The notes under the pieces: generated by a model
Seen by the model: only the letters and a program-made list of their open reading frames with translations
What the model was told of the DNA's origin: nothing
Database searches by the model: none
Origin: Candidatus Hermodarchaeota archaeon
GTDB taxonomy: Archaea; Asgardarchaeota; Lokiarchaeia; Sigyniarchaeales; SOKP01
Assembly (NCBI GenBank): GCA_048885525.1
Contig: JBHLLP010000030.1
Span: 1 to 42,554 of the forward strand
DNA: 42,554 nt
Direction: 5' to 3'
Position numbers and translations under genes: made by a program
In this document: piece after piece, positions 19,072 to 29,497 of the stretch
How the letters are laid out: each line of letters opens with the position of its first letter
How positions within the stretch are numbered: position 1 is the stretch's first letter

Positions 19072-20079
19072 TTATATTACTGATTTTTTATTATATAATT
19101 TATTCAAGATCTTTCCCGGAATAAAGCTTTTTATGAATAAAATCAAAATAATAGAAAATACAGAATGATTAATCGTTGCCCAATTATAAAATCTACTACT
19201 TTTAAGCTGCATTCTGTAATATAGTCTCTCTAAAACACTTTTAGGCATGATTGTTTTCACAAAATAAAGTAGAACTATAGAAAAAAGCTTCTTGAGTTTT
19301 TGCGAGAGTTTTAATTTATACCTAAAATAGTGGGTCATAGCTTGATATATAGCAGTATATAGTAATTCATCAAAAGTTAATTTTTCCAGAAATGATAAAT
19401 AAAGCTTCTCTCTTTCAGAGGAGTGCATTCCAATAAGAGTCTTTATGCCTTGTTCTGGATGAGATCTTGATTTTATTAACTTATCCGGAATATGCTTAAA
19501 TTTAAATTTTTCCGATATCCTAAACCACATATCTTTATCCTGAACAGTTCTTAACTCTTCATTAAAAAGTCCTACTTCATCAAAACATAATTTAGGTATA
19601 AGTGGAGTACATCCATGGATTGGACCTCCAGTTATTAACGCATAACGAAATTTATCTGTATCCGTATCTTTTATTCTATACTCTCCAATGATATTTGATT
19701 TACTATCAATTACGTCAAAATCACAATGAACAATAATGTTTTTGTCCGGTTCATTTCTTAGAAATTCAATCTGCTTTTCAATTTTCTCTGGATAATATAC
19801 ATCATCATGACTTAACCATGAAACGTATTCTCCTGTCATCATACGAATTCCTAGATTTAATGCTGTTGAGACACCTCCATTCTCCTTAGAAAAATAGCGA
19901 ATTTTATTACCGTAGGATTTAGCGATCTGGGCAGTTTTTCCATTATCATTTGAACCATCATTTACTACGATAACTTCTATATTTTCATATGTTTGATTAA
20001 GTGCGCTGTCTATAGCTTCGTGCATATAATTGGATCCATTATATACAGGAATAATTATTGATACTTTTGGTTTAAACAT
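19072..20079 (-). CDS. GT2-family glycosyltransferase
   Basis: VSIIIPVYNG, VVNDGS, ENGGVSTALN, WLSHDD, TVQD. ATG 20079; TTG 20091 is an alternative start. Confidence 0.92.
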   Translation of the reverse strand: MFKPKVSIIIPVYNGSNYMHEAIDSALNQTYENIEVIVVNDGSNDNGKTAQIAKSYGNKIRYFSKENGGVSTALNLGIRMMTGEYVSWLSHDDVYYPEKIEKQIEFLRNEPDKNIIVHCDFDVIDSKSNIIGEYRIKDTDTDKFRYALITGGPIHGCTPLIPKLCFDEVGLFNEELRTVQDKDMWFRISEKFKFKHIPDKLIKSRSHPEQGIKTLIGMHSSEREKLYLSFLEKLTFDELLYTAIYQAMTHYFRYKLKLSQKLKKLFSIVLLYFVKTIMPKSVLERLYYRMQLKSSRFYNWATINHSVFSIILILFIKSFIPGKILNKLYNKKSVI

Positions 20080-20477
20080 TTCCTCATTCAAATATTAAAA
20101 ATGTAAATATTCTTTTAAAAATCATTTATAGTTAACTATTTTATAACACTCTCTAAAATGAATGATTCCTTAAAAATAACTGTCTTAATGTTGTAAAAAG
20201 ATTAGTAAAATTATATAAATTTAATTACACATTCATATACAATATATATCTGTAATGTATTTTCTATAAATTTATTTTTTTTAGTATTTGATAGGTATTC
20301 TTAAACGAAGATATTTATTATCTTGTAATAGAATTAAGAAAAATGTTACTAATCATTATTATAACTCAAACATTTTTAAGAAAATGTTTTATTTGTATGA
20401 AATTTTAAAATTTTAGCATTAATTAATATTATATTATGGATTAAAAATAAAAGGAAGATTTATTTTAAAGCAAAACT

Positions 20478-21254
20478 ATGAAGGTAATTATTTTAGCTGG
20501 AGGATGGGGTACTAGACTTGGACATTTAGCAGAATTGATCCCTAAACCAATGATAAAAATTGGAGATAAGCCGATTTTATGGCATATAATGAAAATTTAT
20601 TCTTATTATGGATTTAATGACTTTATCATCTGTCTAGGTGTTAAAGGAGATATTATCAAAGATTATTTCTATCATTATGAAATGAAAAACAATGATTTCA
20701 CTATAGATTTATCTACTAAAAACATCAAATATTATGCTAATCAAGATGAAACAGATTGGAAAGTGACTTTAGTTGATACAGGATTAAATACGTTAAAAGG
20801 AGGAAGAATAAAAAGAGTTGAGAAATATTTGGATCCGGGTATAAATTTTCTTACATATGGAGATGGAGTTGCTGATATAAATCTCAATAAACTTCTAGAA
20901 TATCATAAATCTCATAATAAAATGATAACACTAACAGGAGTTAATGCTCCTTCTCGTTTTGGAGAAGTTATTGAAAAAAAGGGGCAAGTTATTTCTTTTA
21001 AAGAAAAACCCCAAACTTCTGTGGGGTTAATAAATGGGGGATTTATGGTATTTAATGATTCTTTCTTAGATGAGTTAACAACTGATGAAAATTGTGATTT
21101 TGAAAGGGGTCCTCTTGAGAATTTAACTGAGCGAGGTGAAGTTATGGTTTATATACATGATGGAAACTGGGAATGTATGGATCATGAAAGAGATGTAATA
21201 CACTTAAATAAATTATGGAATAAAAACAATGCATTCTGGAAGTTATGGGAATAA
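20478..21254 (+). CDS. rfbF: Glucose-1-phosphate cytidylyltransferase
   Basis: ILAGGWGTRL, PKPMIKIG...PILWHIMK, VDTG...TLKGGRIKR, TYGDG, INGGF, WECMD; followed by rfbG. Confidence 0.92.
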   Translation: MKVIILAGGWGTRLGHLAELIPKPMIKIGDKPILWHIMKIYSYYGFNDFIICLGVKGDIIKDYFYHYEMKNNDFTIDLSTKNIKYYANQDETDWKVTLVDTGLNTLKGGRIKRVEKYLDPGINFLTYGDGVADINLNKLLEYHKSHNKMITLTGVNAPSRFGEVIEKKGQVISFKEKPQTSVGLINGGFMVFNDSFLDELTTDENCDFERGPLENLTERGEVMVYIHDGNWECMDHERDVIHLNKLWNKNNAFWKLWE

Positions 21255-22339
21255 ATAAGTTATTTGGAAATTTTTTCCAAGAAAAAAAAATTTTAATAAC
21301 AGGCCATACAGGATTTATCGGGTCTTGGTTATCAATTTTACTTAATGAGTTAGGTGCAAATTTAATTGGATATGCTCTTCCTGCTCGAACTCAAAAGGAT
21401 AATTTTGTTGTTGCTAATCTTGAAAAAAAAATGGTTAATATTATAGGAGATATAAGAAATTTAGAGGAATTAAATAAAGTTTTTAAAAAATATAAACCAG
21501 AGATAGTTTTTCATCTTGCAGCTCAACCTCTAGTTAGAAGATCATACATGAATCCTAAAGAAACGTATGATACTAACATTGGAGGAACTGTTAACGTTTT
21601 TGAATCTTTTAGGAATACTACCTCTTGTAAATTAATGATAAATTGCACAACTGATAAAGTGTATGAGAACCAAGAACTAAGTAGAGGTTATAATGAAAAC
21701 GATCGTTTAGGAGGTTATGATCCATATAGTTCAAGTAAAGCATGTTCCGAATTAATCACAAGTTCTTATCGCAATTCTTTTTTTAATTCTAAAACTATTT
21801 CAGAGCATAAATTAGTTAGTTCTGTAAGATGCGGAAATGTTATAGGAGGTGGAGATTGGCAAGAAGATCGAATTATACCGGATTCTATAAGAGCAATTAA
21901 AAATAATCAAGAAATTTTTATTAGAAATCCGAGTTATGTGCGACCTTGGCAATATGTTTTAGAACCTATTCGTGGATTTTTAATTTTAACTATAAAAATG
22001 TGGCAGGAAGATAAAGAGTATATTGGTGCTTGGAATTTTGGCCCCTATGAACATAATTTTTTTTCAGTTAAAGATCTAGTTGAAAAAGTTATAAAATATT
22101 ATGGAAAAGGCAAATACTACACGCAATCACCTACAGAAATGAATAATTTTCATGAAACCACACTTTTACTACTTGATAATTCTAAAGCTTATAAATATTT
22201 AGGATGGAAGCCTGAAATAAGTATAGATGAGACGGTTAAATATTTATGTGATTGGTATAAGGAGGAATCTATAGATTATGATTTTGATGTTGAGCTTATA
22301 AACGATTATTTTAAAAAAATTAATAAGAATAAAGATTAA
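21245..22339 (+). CDS. rfbG: CDP-glucose 4,6-dehydratase
   Basis: TGHTGFIGSWL, HLAAQPLVRRSY, TTDKVYEN, DPYSSSK, GNVIGGGDW, RPWQYVLEP. Confidence 0.94.
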   Translation: MGINKLFGNFFQEKKILITGHTGFIGSWLSILLNELGANLIGYALPARTQKDNFVVANLEKKMVNIIGDIRNLEELNKVFKKYKPEIVFHLAAQPLVRRSYMNPKETYDTNIGGTVNVFESFRNTTSCKLMINCTTDKVYENQELSRGYNENDRLGGYDPYSSSKACSELITSSYRNSFFNSKTISEHKLVSSVRCGNVIGGGDWQEDRIIPDSIRAIKNNQEIFIRNPSYVRPWQYVLEPIRGFLILTIKMWQEDKEYIGAWNFGPYEHNFFSVKDLVEKVIKYYGKGKYYTQSPTEMNNFHETTLLLLDNSKAYKYLGWKPEISIDETVKYLCDWYKEESIDYDFDVELINDYFKKINKNKD

Positions 22340-22340
22340 T

Positions 22341-22886
22341 ATGAAATTCCTTGAAACTAAGTTGAAAGATTTGTATATTATTAAGCCTGAACCTTTTGAA
22401 GATAATCGTGGAAAATTTTATCGAGTTTTCTGTAAGGATGAACTTATTGAAATTAATCATAATAAAGAAATAGTTAATATAAACATATCAATAACAAAGG
22501 AAAAAGGTGCTATAAGGGGTATGCATTTTCAATATCCTCCGAAATCAGAAATAAAAATAGTGACATGTATTGCTGGATCAGTTTTTGATGTAGCAATTGA
22601 CTTAAGAAAGAATTCTTCAACATTTTTACAATGGCTAGGTGAAATATTATCTGCTGATAATATGAAATTATTATATATTCCTGAAGGGTTTGCACATGGT
22701 TTTCAAGTACTAGAAGAAAATTCTAAGATAATTTATTTTGTTTCTGAGTTTTATAGTCCCGAACACGAAGGTGGTATTAGATATAATGATCCAAAGGTTA
22801 ATATTGAATGGCCTTTAGAAGTAAAAACAATTTCTGACAAAGATAGAAATTTACCATTATTAGACGTAAATTTTAAGGGTATATAA
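22341..22886 (+). CDS. RmlC-family NDP-4-keto-6-deoxyglucose 3(,5)-epimerase
   Basis: DNRGKF, RGMHFQ, DVAIDLRKNSSTF, IPEGFAHGF. Confidence 0.92.
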   Translation: MKFLETKLKDLYIIKPEPFEDNRGKFYRVFCKDELIEINHNKEIVNINISITKEKGAIRGMHFQYPPKSEIKIVTCIAGSVFDVAIDLRKNSSTFLQWLGEILSADNMKLLYIPEGFAHGFQVLEENSKIIYFVSEFYSPEHEGGIRYNDPKVNIEWPLEVKTISDKDRNLPLLDVNFKGI

Positions 22887-22914
22887 ATAATTATAGGAAA
22901 AGAGGGATTAATTT

Positions 22915-23769
22915 ATGAAAATCTTAGTAACTGGTTCTTCTGGTTTTATTGGTAATTATGTTATTGAAGAATTACTGAAACTAAAAAAATATAAAATAAT
23001 TGCTACAGATATAAAACATGAAATATTAAGCGATTCTAGATCTATTAAAGAGATTCATTTTATTTCCTGTGATTTAAATCAACCTAGAGAAAATTTTTTT
23101 ACTTTTTTTGAAGAACCTGATTTATTGATTCATTTAGCTTGGGAAGGTCTCCCAAATTATGAAAAATTATTTCATTTCGAAAAAAATCTTCCAAAAAATT
23201 ACTTTTTTTTAAAAAATATGATTACTAATGGGCTGAAGAATTTAAGTGTAATTGGAACATGCTTTGAATATGGTCTTAAAGAAGGTTGTTTATCAGAAGA
23301 AATAGAAACAAATCCAATTATACCTTATCCTATAGCAAAAGACGTTTTAAGAAGATATATTGAACAATTGAATAAAGAATATGATTTCAACTTTAAATGG
23401 ATAAGACTTTTTTATTTATATGGTAAAGGACAAAATCCTAAATCACTTCTTTCTCAATTAGATATTGCTTTAGATAACAATGAGAAAATATTTAATATGT
23501 CTGGTGGGGAACAATTAAGAGATTATCTACCTGTAGAAAAAGTGGCAGAATACATTGTAAAAATTTCGTTACAAAATAAAATAAATGGAATTATTAACTG
23601 TTGTAGTGGGAAGCCTATCTCAGTACGATCATTAGTTGAAAAACATTTAAAAGAAAAAAATAAAACCATTCATTTAAATTTGGGCTATTATCCATATCCA
23701 GATTATGTTCCAATGGCTTTTTGGGGAGATAATACAAAATTGAAAAAAATATTAAGAGAATATAAATAA
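22915..23769 (+). CDS. SDR NDP-sugar 4-reductase/epimerase
   Basis: TGSSGFIG, HLAW, GTCFEYG, YPIAK, GEQLRDYL; last gene of the rfbF-rfbG-epimerase run. Confidence 0.85.
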   Translation: MKILVTGSSGFIGNYVIEELLKLKKYKIIATDIKHEILSDSRSIKEIHFISCDLNQPRENFFTFFEEPDLLIHLAWEGLPNYEKLFHFEKNLPKNYFFLKNMITNGLKNLSVIGTCFEYGLKEGCLSEEIETNPIIPYPIAKDVLRRYIEQLNKEYDFNFKWIRLFYLYGKGQNPKSLLSQLDIALDNNEKIFNMSGGEQLRDYLPVEKVAEYIVKISLQNKINGIINCCSGKPISVRSLVEKHLKEKNKTIHLNLGYYPYPDYVPMAFWGDNTKLKKILREYK

Positions 23770-24003
23770 ACTTTTTTTGATTATTCTCTTTTAACTTCGA
23801 TGAAATTACGGAATCTTATAAGTTTTTTATCAAAATTATCAATATTAATTAAACTAAAATAAATTAAACATCTCAGTAAAAAGCTTAATTATTTAAGTAA
23901 GATTTTAGATAAATAATAAATTTGCAGTAATAGAGATAATAATAGAGTTTTGAGATAAAACATAAAAACTCAATAATAAAAAAAAAGTACTTAGAGTATT
24001 CAT

Positions 24004-24897
24004 ATGAAATTATTAGTGGTACTTGTAAATTATGGAACAAAACAACTGAAATATCTGGAAAAGATGATTAATGAATTTCAATCAATGAAATTTGAAGTAG
24101 ATATTGTTATACATTCAAATATTGCCTTAGATTATGAAAATGTTGAAGTGAAAGTAATAAAGTTAGATAATTATGAACACTTACCATTTACTACAAGAAA
24201 GACAATCTATGAAAGAAGATATGATTATGATTTATATATTTACTCCGAAAATGATCATCTTATTACTCAGAAAAACATAGAATCCTTTTTGAAAGTCACA
24301 GAGATTCTTCCAAAAAATTATATTGCTGGTTTTTTTCAATTTGAAAAGCACGATGGGAAAGCATTTTATCCTGCCTATCATAAAAATTTTAGATGGGATA
24401 TTGAAAATGCATTTAAGATTGGTGATTATATATTTGCTCAATTTACTAATGTTCATCAAGCAAGTTTCATACTGACAAGAAAACAGCTAAATAGAGTAAT
24501 AAACAATTTTGATTTTTTGAATGAAACTTTTAAAACAAAATACTCACTTAAATACAGATTAGGCGAATCTTTTTGGCATAGATTTAGAAAATTCTATAGA
24601 AAGTATTTAAATCGATATTATCATTTTTCACGTAAAAATTTTATTCTTTCATTATTCAATAGATTTATTGAAAATAACGATTTTTTAAATAATATTTTAA
24701 ATTTAAATTATTCAATAAAATGTAGAGCTGGAACTGATATCTACATGTATGCGGGTCTCAAAAAAGTTATTCCAATTTCTCATTTTGATGATTTTTTAAT
24801 TCATCATATGCCTAATAATTACAAAGGACGTCTAGGTAAATCTAATAATTATATGAGAAAAGAAATTGAAAAGATTATAAAAAAGTTAGGAAGATAG
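24004..24897 (+). CDS. Hypothetical protein, probably GT-A fold glycosyltransferase
   Basis: YDLYIYSENDHLI (ExD at the DxD position), C-terminal LIHHMPNNY; glycan-locus context. Confidence 0.55.
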   Translation: MKLLVVLVNYGTKQLKYLEKMINEFQSMKFEVDIVIHSNIALDYENVEVKVIKLDNYEHLPFTTRKTIYERRYDYDLYIYSENDHLITQKNIESFLKVTEILPKNYIAGFFQFEKHDGKAFYPAYHKNFRWDIENAFKIGDYIFAQFTNVHQASFILTRKQLNRVINNFDFLNETFKTKYSLKYRLGESFWHRFRKFYRKYLNRYYHFSRKNFILSLFNRFIENNDFLNNILNLNYSIKCRAGTDIYMYAGLKKVIPISHFDDFLIHHMPNNYKGRLGKSNNYMRKEIEKIIKKLGR

Positions 24898-24948
24898 TGA
24901 AAAAAATAATTTTAAACTTAATTCTCAAAAAAAGTTATTATAATGAGT

Positions 24949-25617
24949 TTATTGAAGATTCTTTACACAAAATAAATGAAAAGCGAATTGTGGAAGACTG
25001 ACAACAAATAAATTCGTAAATGTTGATATATGTTGCCATAATTGCAAAGGTTTTAACTTAATGTTTCCAAGGTCACCTCTAATGAATTTTAATCCATTAA
25101 ACCCATACACTCTAAAATTTAATTTCTTGAAGATTTTCAATTTCCATCCAGATTTATGCATCTGGAGAATATTATTATGATATTCATCTTGACGTATATA
25201 TCCATTAGGAGTCGAAACAATTATTTTTCTTTTAGCAATTTTTTCCATTTTATTTATTATATTTATTCCTTCAGACTTTTTTAAGTGTTCAATAACGTCT
25301 AATAACATTACACAATCAAAGGATTTAGGGGGAAATTTCTTTTCTATATGTTTAATATCCAGAATGACGTAGCTATCATGAATCTTTTTTTTTCTACTTA
25401 TTTCAATATATTTTTCAAATATATCTACACCAACAGTATATTTATTATTTGTATTTATTTTTTCTAATCTTGAACTAGGACCACACCCTAAATCAAGAAT
25501 ACTATCACAATCTCGAATATTTTCTTCAATTAATTTCGTTAAATCTACATTTAGTTTTCTTGAAGCTAATTTAACTCTATTATAAAAATTCTGAGTTAAG
25601 TTCTTTATTTTTACCAT
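24949..25617 (-). CDS. Class I SAM-dependent methyltransferase
   Basis: ILDLGCG, GVD, FDCVMLLDVIEHL, STPNG. Confidence 0.88.
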   Translation of the reverse strand: MVKIKNLTQNFYNRVKLASRKLNVDLTKLIEENIRDCDSILDLGCGPSSRLEKINTNNKYTVGVDIFEKYIEISRKKKIHDSYVILDIKHIEKKFPPKSFDCVMLLDVIEHLKKSEGINIINKMEKIAKRKIIVSTPNGYIRQDEYHNNILQMHKSGWKLKIFKKLNFRVYGFNGLKFIRGDLGNIKLKPLQLWQHISTFTNLFVVSLPQFAFHLFCVKNLQ

Positions 25618-25656
25618 TTTATGAGTATTAAAATATTTTTTATATTTGATTCAAAT

Positions 25657-26700
25657 TCATATATGGCGAGAATTAATATCATTATATACTTTTCCAAGTA
25701 ATAGCGGTTTATCTTTTAAAATAAAAAAGAGACTATCCTTAACACCTTTCACAAAATATATTTTTTCTTTTGGGTATCTACTTAGTTCTCTCAAAAAAGT
25801 AACTACAAAAAAACGAATTAAAAACAAAATAAATTTTAAATTATTAAGATGTTTTCTTTTAAAAATCAAATTACTTCTTGTTTTATGATATAAACGAAAT
25901 CCCGTTATTTCTTTAGTATCTCCTCCAATTTTGTGAAATACTCGACTTTTAGTTGGGACATATATAATTTTGTATCCCGCTTTTAAAGCTCTATAGCAAA
26001 AGTCTTTTTCTTCAGTAAAAAAAATAAAACGAGGATCGATTAATCCAATAGTTTTAAGTAAATCTATTTTAAATAAATATGCCGCTCCTGAGACAAAGTC
26101 ATGTATTTCAATAGGATTTTTAACATTTTGAAGTTTCTTTGACTGATTCATATTTGGATTATCATAGAGACATATTCGTGGACTAAGTATTCCTATTTCA
26201 TTGCTAGTTTCGGAAATTTTAATTAATTCAATAAGAAAACCTTTCTCAACAGCAGTATCATTATTTAACAAAAATATATAATCTGTTTTTATATTTTTAA
26301 TGATATAATTTAGGGCAATATAAACCCCACGACCATATTTATAATCTTTTTCATTTATAATTAGTTGAATTTTTTTATTTGACGGGTAATTGAATAGAAA
26401 ATTTAGATTTTGACTGAAATTTTGTTTATTAATATTATATTTTGTACATTCCAAAATAGCTATTGGTTTGTTGGATGGATCATATTGAACATATTTAGAT
26501 TGTATTTTAATTTCTCCATTGCAATATTGCTTAATTTTTTGAATAGAACCATCAGTTGAGGCATTATCCATAACTATTACATCATAATTAGGATAATTTA
26601 TCTGATATAAAGATTCTAAACACTCAATTGTATATTTCCAACCATTCCTATTCAATATTAATATAGTAACGTGTGGTAAATCCAAATTTACTTCTTCCAT
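25657..26700 (-). CDS. GT2-family glycosyltransferase (WbbL/rhamnosyltransferase-like)
   Basis: ILNRNG, VMDNASTD, LLNNDT, VSGA, EEKDFCYR. Confidence 0.88.
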   Translation of the reverse strand: MEEVNLDLPHVTILILNRNGWKYTIECLESLYQINYPNYDVIVMDNASTDGSIQKIKQYCNGEIKIQSKYVQYDPSNKPIAILECTKYNINKQNFSQNLNFLFNYPSNKKIQLIINEKDYKYGRGVYIALNYIIKNIKTDYIFLLNNDTAVEKGFLIELIKISETSNEIGILSPRICLYDNPNMNQSKKLQNVKNPIEIHDFVSGAAYLFKIDLLKTIGLIDPRFIFFTEEKDFCYRALKAGYKIIYVPTKSRVFHKIGGDTKEITGFRLYHKTRSNLIFKRKHLNNLKFILFLIRFFVVTFLRELSRYPKEKIYFVKGVKDSLFFILKDKPLLLGKVYNDINSRHI

Positions 26701-26961
26701 TTATTAATCTACTAAAAATCTAAAATTAATAAAAAGTTAATCTTTTTAAATAAATTAAAACGGGTATTTCCTAAATTTGATTATTTAAGACTTCTAATCT
26801 TTTAGTAAAATCTTTTGAGATAAATTTTTTAGTATTTCAAATTTTCATTAAGGAATAATTAGTTTTTGAGTTTGAATTTTTAATAGAGACAAAAAATTCA
26901 ATTTTATTTTGAAATTATTCGTTTAATTATATTTTATTTTTAATTGGGTTATAATCGACGA

Positions 26962-27807
26962 TTAAAAGTCTTTATTTTTAATGAATTTAACATAGATATC
27001 ACCACACAAAAATTCATTCTTGTAAGAATTTAATTTATGATATAATTCTTCAGCTGTAACCCATTTTTGGAATAGAAATTTCATTTCTGAGCCATGTAAA
27101 ACGCAATTAAACAATACTTTTCCAATGGTTGAAAGGTGTTTACAAATTTTCTCCACGATGTCTATTAATTCTATTGTGAATTCAAAGGAAATGAAAGGAA
27201 TTGGTTGAGTTAATCCTTTTAAAACCGACTCTTCAAAACCCTCTACATCAATTTTACAAAATTTTGGTACACCAAACAAACTTATTAATGAATCTAGAGT
27301 AATTATAGAAACAGGTTGGATTTTTATTTCACTTTGTTCAAATCTCCTAGCATATCTGCTTTCATTCATCCATCGCGTAGATAATGTTGAAATCGTAGTA
27401 TAATTTTTACATAGATACATTTTTGCATTTCCAATTTTTTCTCCCGCTGCCTTTCCAATAATTTTAACTCTATTATCCTTACCAAAATTAATTTGGAGTT
27501 TTTTCACACATTCTAGTTGAGGTTCAACAGCTATTACTCTAGCACCTAATCTTAAAAACAATTCTGTAAATTCTCCTTCCCAAGCACCAATATCATAGCA
27601 TAAATATCCCTCTTTTATAAATTTAGAAAAGAATTCTAACTTCTTATTAGGAATTGGTAAAGTATATCTAAAAAATTTGAGCAAAAACCTATTGACTATA
27701 GGATAGAGATTAATCATCTTAAGCAATCTGCGTATTTTATCCTTTATCAGTGAACCTTTTAATTTCCTATTAAACTGTCTATAAATAATGCCAATTTGAT
27801 ACTTCAT
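26962..27807 (-). CDS. FkbM-family methyltransferase
   Basis: YDIGAWEG, AVEPQ, TLDSLI, KIDVEGFE. Confidence 0.9.
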   Translation of the reverse strand: MKYQIGIIYRQFNRKLKGSLIKDKIRRLLKMINLYPIVNRFLLKFFRYTLPIPNKKLEFFSKFIKEGYLCYDIGAWEGEFTELFLRLGARVIAVEPQLECVKKLQINFGKDNRVKIIGKAAGEKIGNAKMYLCKNYTTISTLSTRWMNESRYARRFEQSEIKIQPVSIITLDSLISLFGVPKFCKIDVEGFEESVLKGLTQPIPFISFEFTIELIDIVEKICKHLSTIGKVLFNCVLHGSEMKFLFQKWVTAEELYHKLNSYKNEFLCGDIYVKFIKNKDF

Positions 27808-28042
27808 TGATGAATCTTTTTTGCAGTTGCTTTAAAGACATGATAAAAAATGAATGTTTATTTAGAACTCTATCCATTATTTTTAGCTAATAATTAAAAG
27901 AGATATTATAGATATCTGTCATCAAATTTTTAACATATTTAAGGTTTATTGGAATAGAATATGAAATTTTATTATTTCTGAAATTTAAAAAAAAATAAAA
28001 TATTGTAACTAAATAATCAGAATAAATAGTCTCCATTTTCAC

Positions 28043-29251
28043 ATGGATATAATAAATCAGATTATATCAATTGTCAAAATTTTTTTAGATTTTACAAATT
28101 CAATTAATTTCATTATAATTATGGTTCTATTGATTTTTTTTTATCATATTTTATTGATTTTTATCAGAGACATGAAATATGTTAAACCCTTCAAAAAATA
28201 TAAAGATCCTGAAAATATAACAATTAATGAATTAAAAGAAATTCCATTGGTAAATTTCATAATGCCTGCTTGGAATGAGGGAGAAATTTTTAGAAATGCC
28301 TTATTGTCAATAACTAAATTAAAATATCCTAAAATTAAAGTAATTGTTAATGCGGGAGGGAGTGAAGAAACAATTAAGATTGCAGATTCTTTTAAACAAT
28401 ATGATAATTTTAAAATAATATATCAAAAAAAAGGAGAGGGTAAGTTAAAGGCTATAAATGATTGTTTACCTTATGTTACTGAAGGAATTTTGTATTTTGT
28501 TGATGCAGATATATACATTACAGATGAAATTCTCATTAGATTACTACATCCTTTGTTAAATTTAAATGAAAAAGTTGTAATGTCTGGTCATAGACCATTA
28601 AAACATCAAGAAGATAAGCATTTTGTAAGATATTTACAAATGAACCATAATTTTAGTTTTAGGAGACTATATAAAAGATATTATACTGGAGGAATATCGG
28701 GGACTAATGCTTGCATGAAATATGAAGTTATTAAAGCAATAGGAAAATTTAGTGAAAAGAAGTTATATGCTACAGATATTTCAAGAGGTTATGATGTTCT
28801 TGAAAAAGGATATAAAATATATACTTTAAGTGATTATCGTAGTTTAATATATTCTGATGTTGCAGACAATTTAAGGGTATTTGTCAAGCAGAGAATAAGA
28901 TGGATTGAAAATAGTCTAATATATTTCTATATATTCAAGAAAAGGAATCTCATTAAATTTTTAGGATTATTTTCAGCCTCTCTCTATTTAATTATCTTTC
29001 CAATACTCTCAATATTACATCTTGGATTTTTTTTAATAGGGCTTTATATTCTACTTAGCTTTTATCTGAAAAGACTTAGGAGAATTTTATTTTTTAAGAA
29101 AACACGACCCCAATTATTAAAGAAATTAGAATTTATTTTTTATGTTAAAATTTTGTTTTATATTTATGTTGAAGCAATAATTAACGTTTACATTTTAATA
29201 GATTTTATCTTTTTTAGAAAGAAATTTAAGGAGAGAAGAAATCTCTTATGA
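28043..29251 (+). CDS. Membrane-bound GT2 with QxxRW motif (cellulose-synthase-like superfamily)
   Basis: N-terminal TM helix, PAWNE, GKLKAIN, VDAD, ATD, QRIRW, C-terminal TM helices. Confidence 0.82.
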   Translation: MDIINQIISIVKIFLDFTNSINFIIIMVLLIFFYHILLIFIRDMKYVKPFKKYKDPENITINELKEIPLVNFIMPAWNEGEIFRNALLSITKLKYPKIKVIVNAGGSEETIKIADSFKQYDNFKIIYQKKGEGKLKAINDCLPYVTEGILYFVDADIYITDEILIRLLHPLLNLNEKVVMSGHRPLKHQEDKHFVRYLQMNHNFSFRRLYKRYYTGGISGTNACMKYEVIKAIGKFSEKKLYATDISRGYDVLEKGYKIYTLSDYRSLIYSDVADNLRVFVKQRIRWIENSLIYFYIFKKRNLIKFLGLFSASLYLIIFPILSILHLGFFLIGLYILLSFYLKRLRRILFFKKTRPQLLKKLEFIFYVKILFYIYVEAIINVYILIDFIFFRKKFKERRNLL

Positions 29252-29497
29252 AAATTGAATTTAATACATTTTTTATATAATTATGATTTAAATTTTTATT
29301 AGAAATTTTATACCGTCCTTCTCAATAAAAAATACGTTGAACTTCTTTAAAAAGATTAATCAAACGAGGTTTAAAGTGAATTTTCCTCATAGAAATATCA
29401 TTTAACTTCAATTAATTGTAAGAGCAAAATTATTATAAAATAAAACATTCTTTTAAAAGAGCTAATCTTAAATTAAGAGAATTTATTGGTTTAATTT

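Noticed and set aside
2096-25888. Short 60-122 aa ORFs overlapping called genes (2096, 3079, 6605, 8786, 9742, 10048, 11488, 15987, 16021, 18462, 22510, 24232, 25646)
   Set aside because: All overlap well-supported CDSs on the opposite strand or in another frame and show no recognisable domains.
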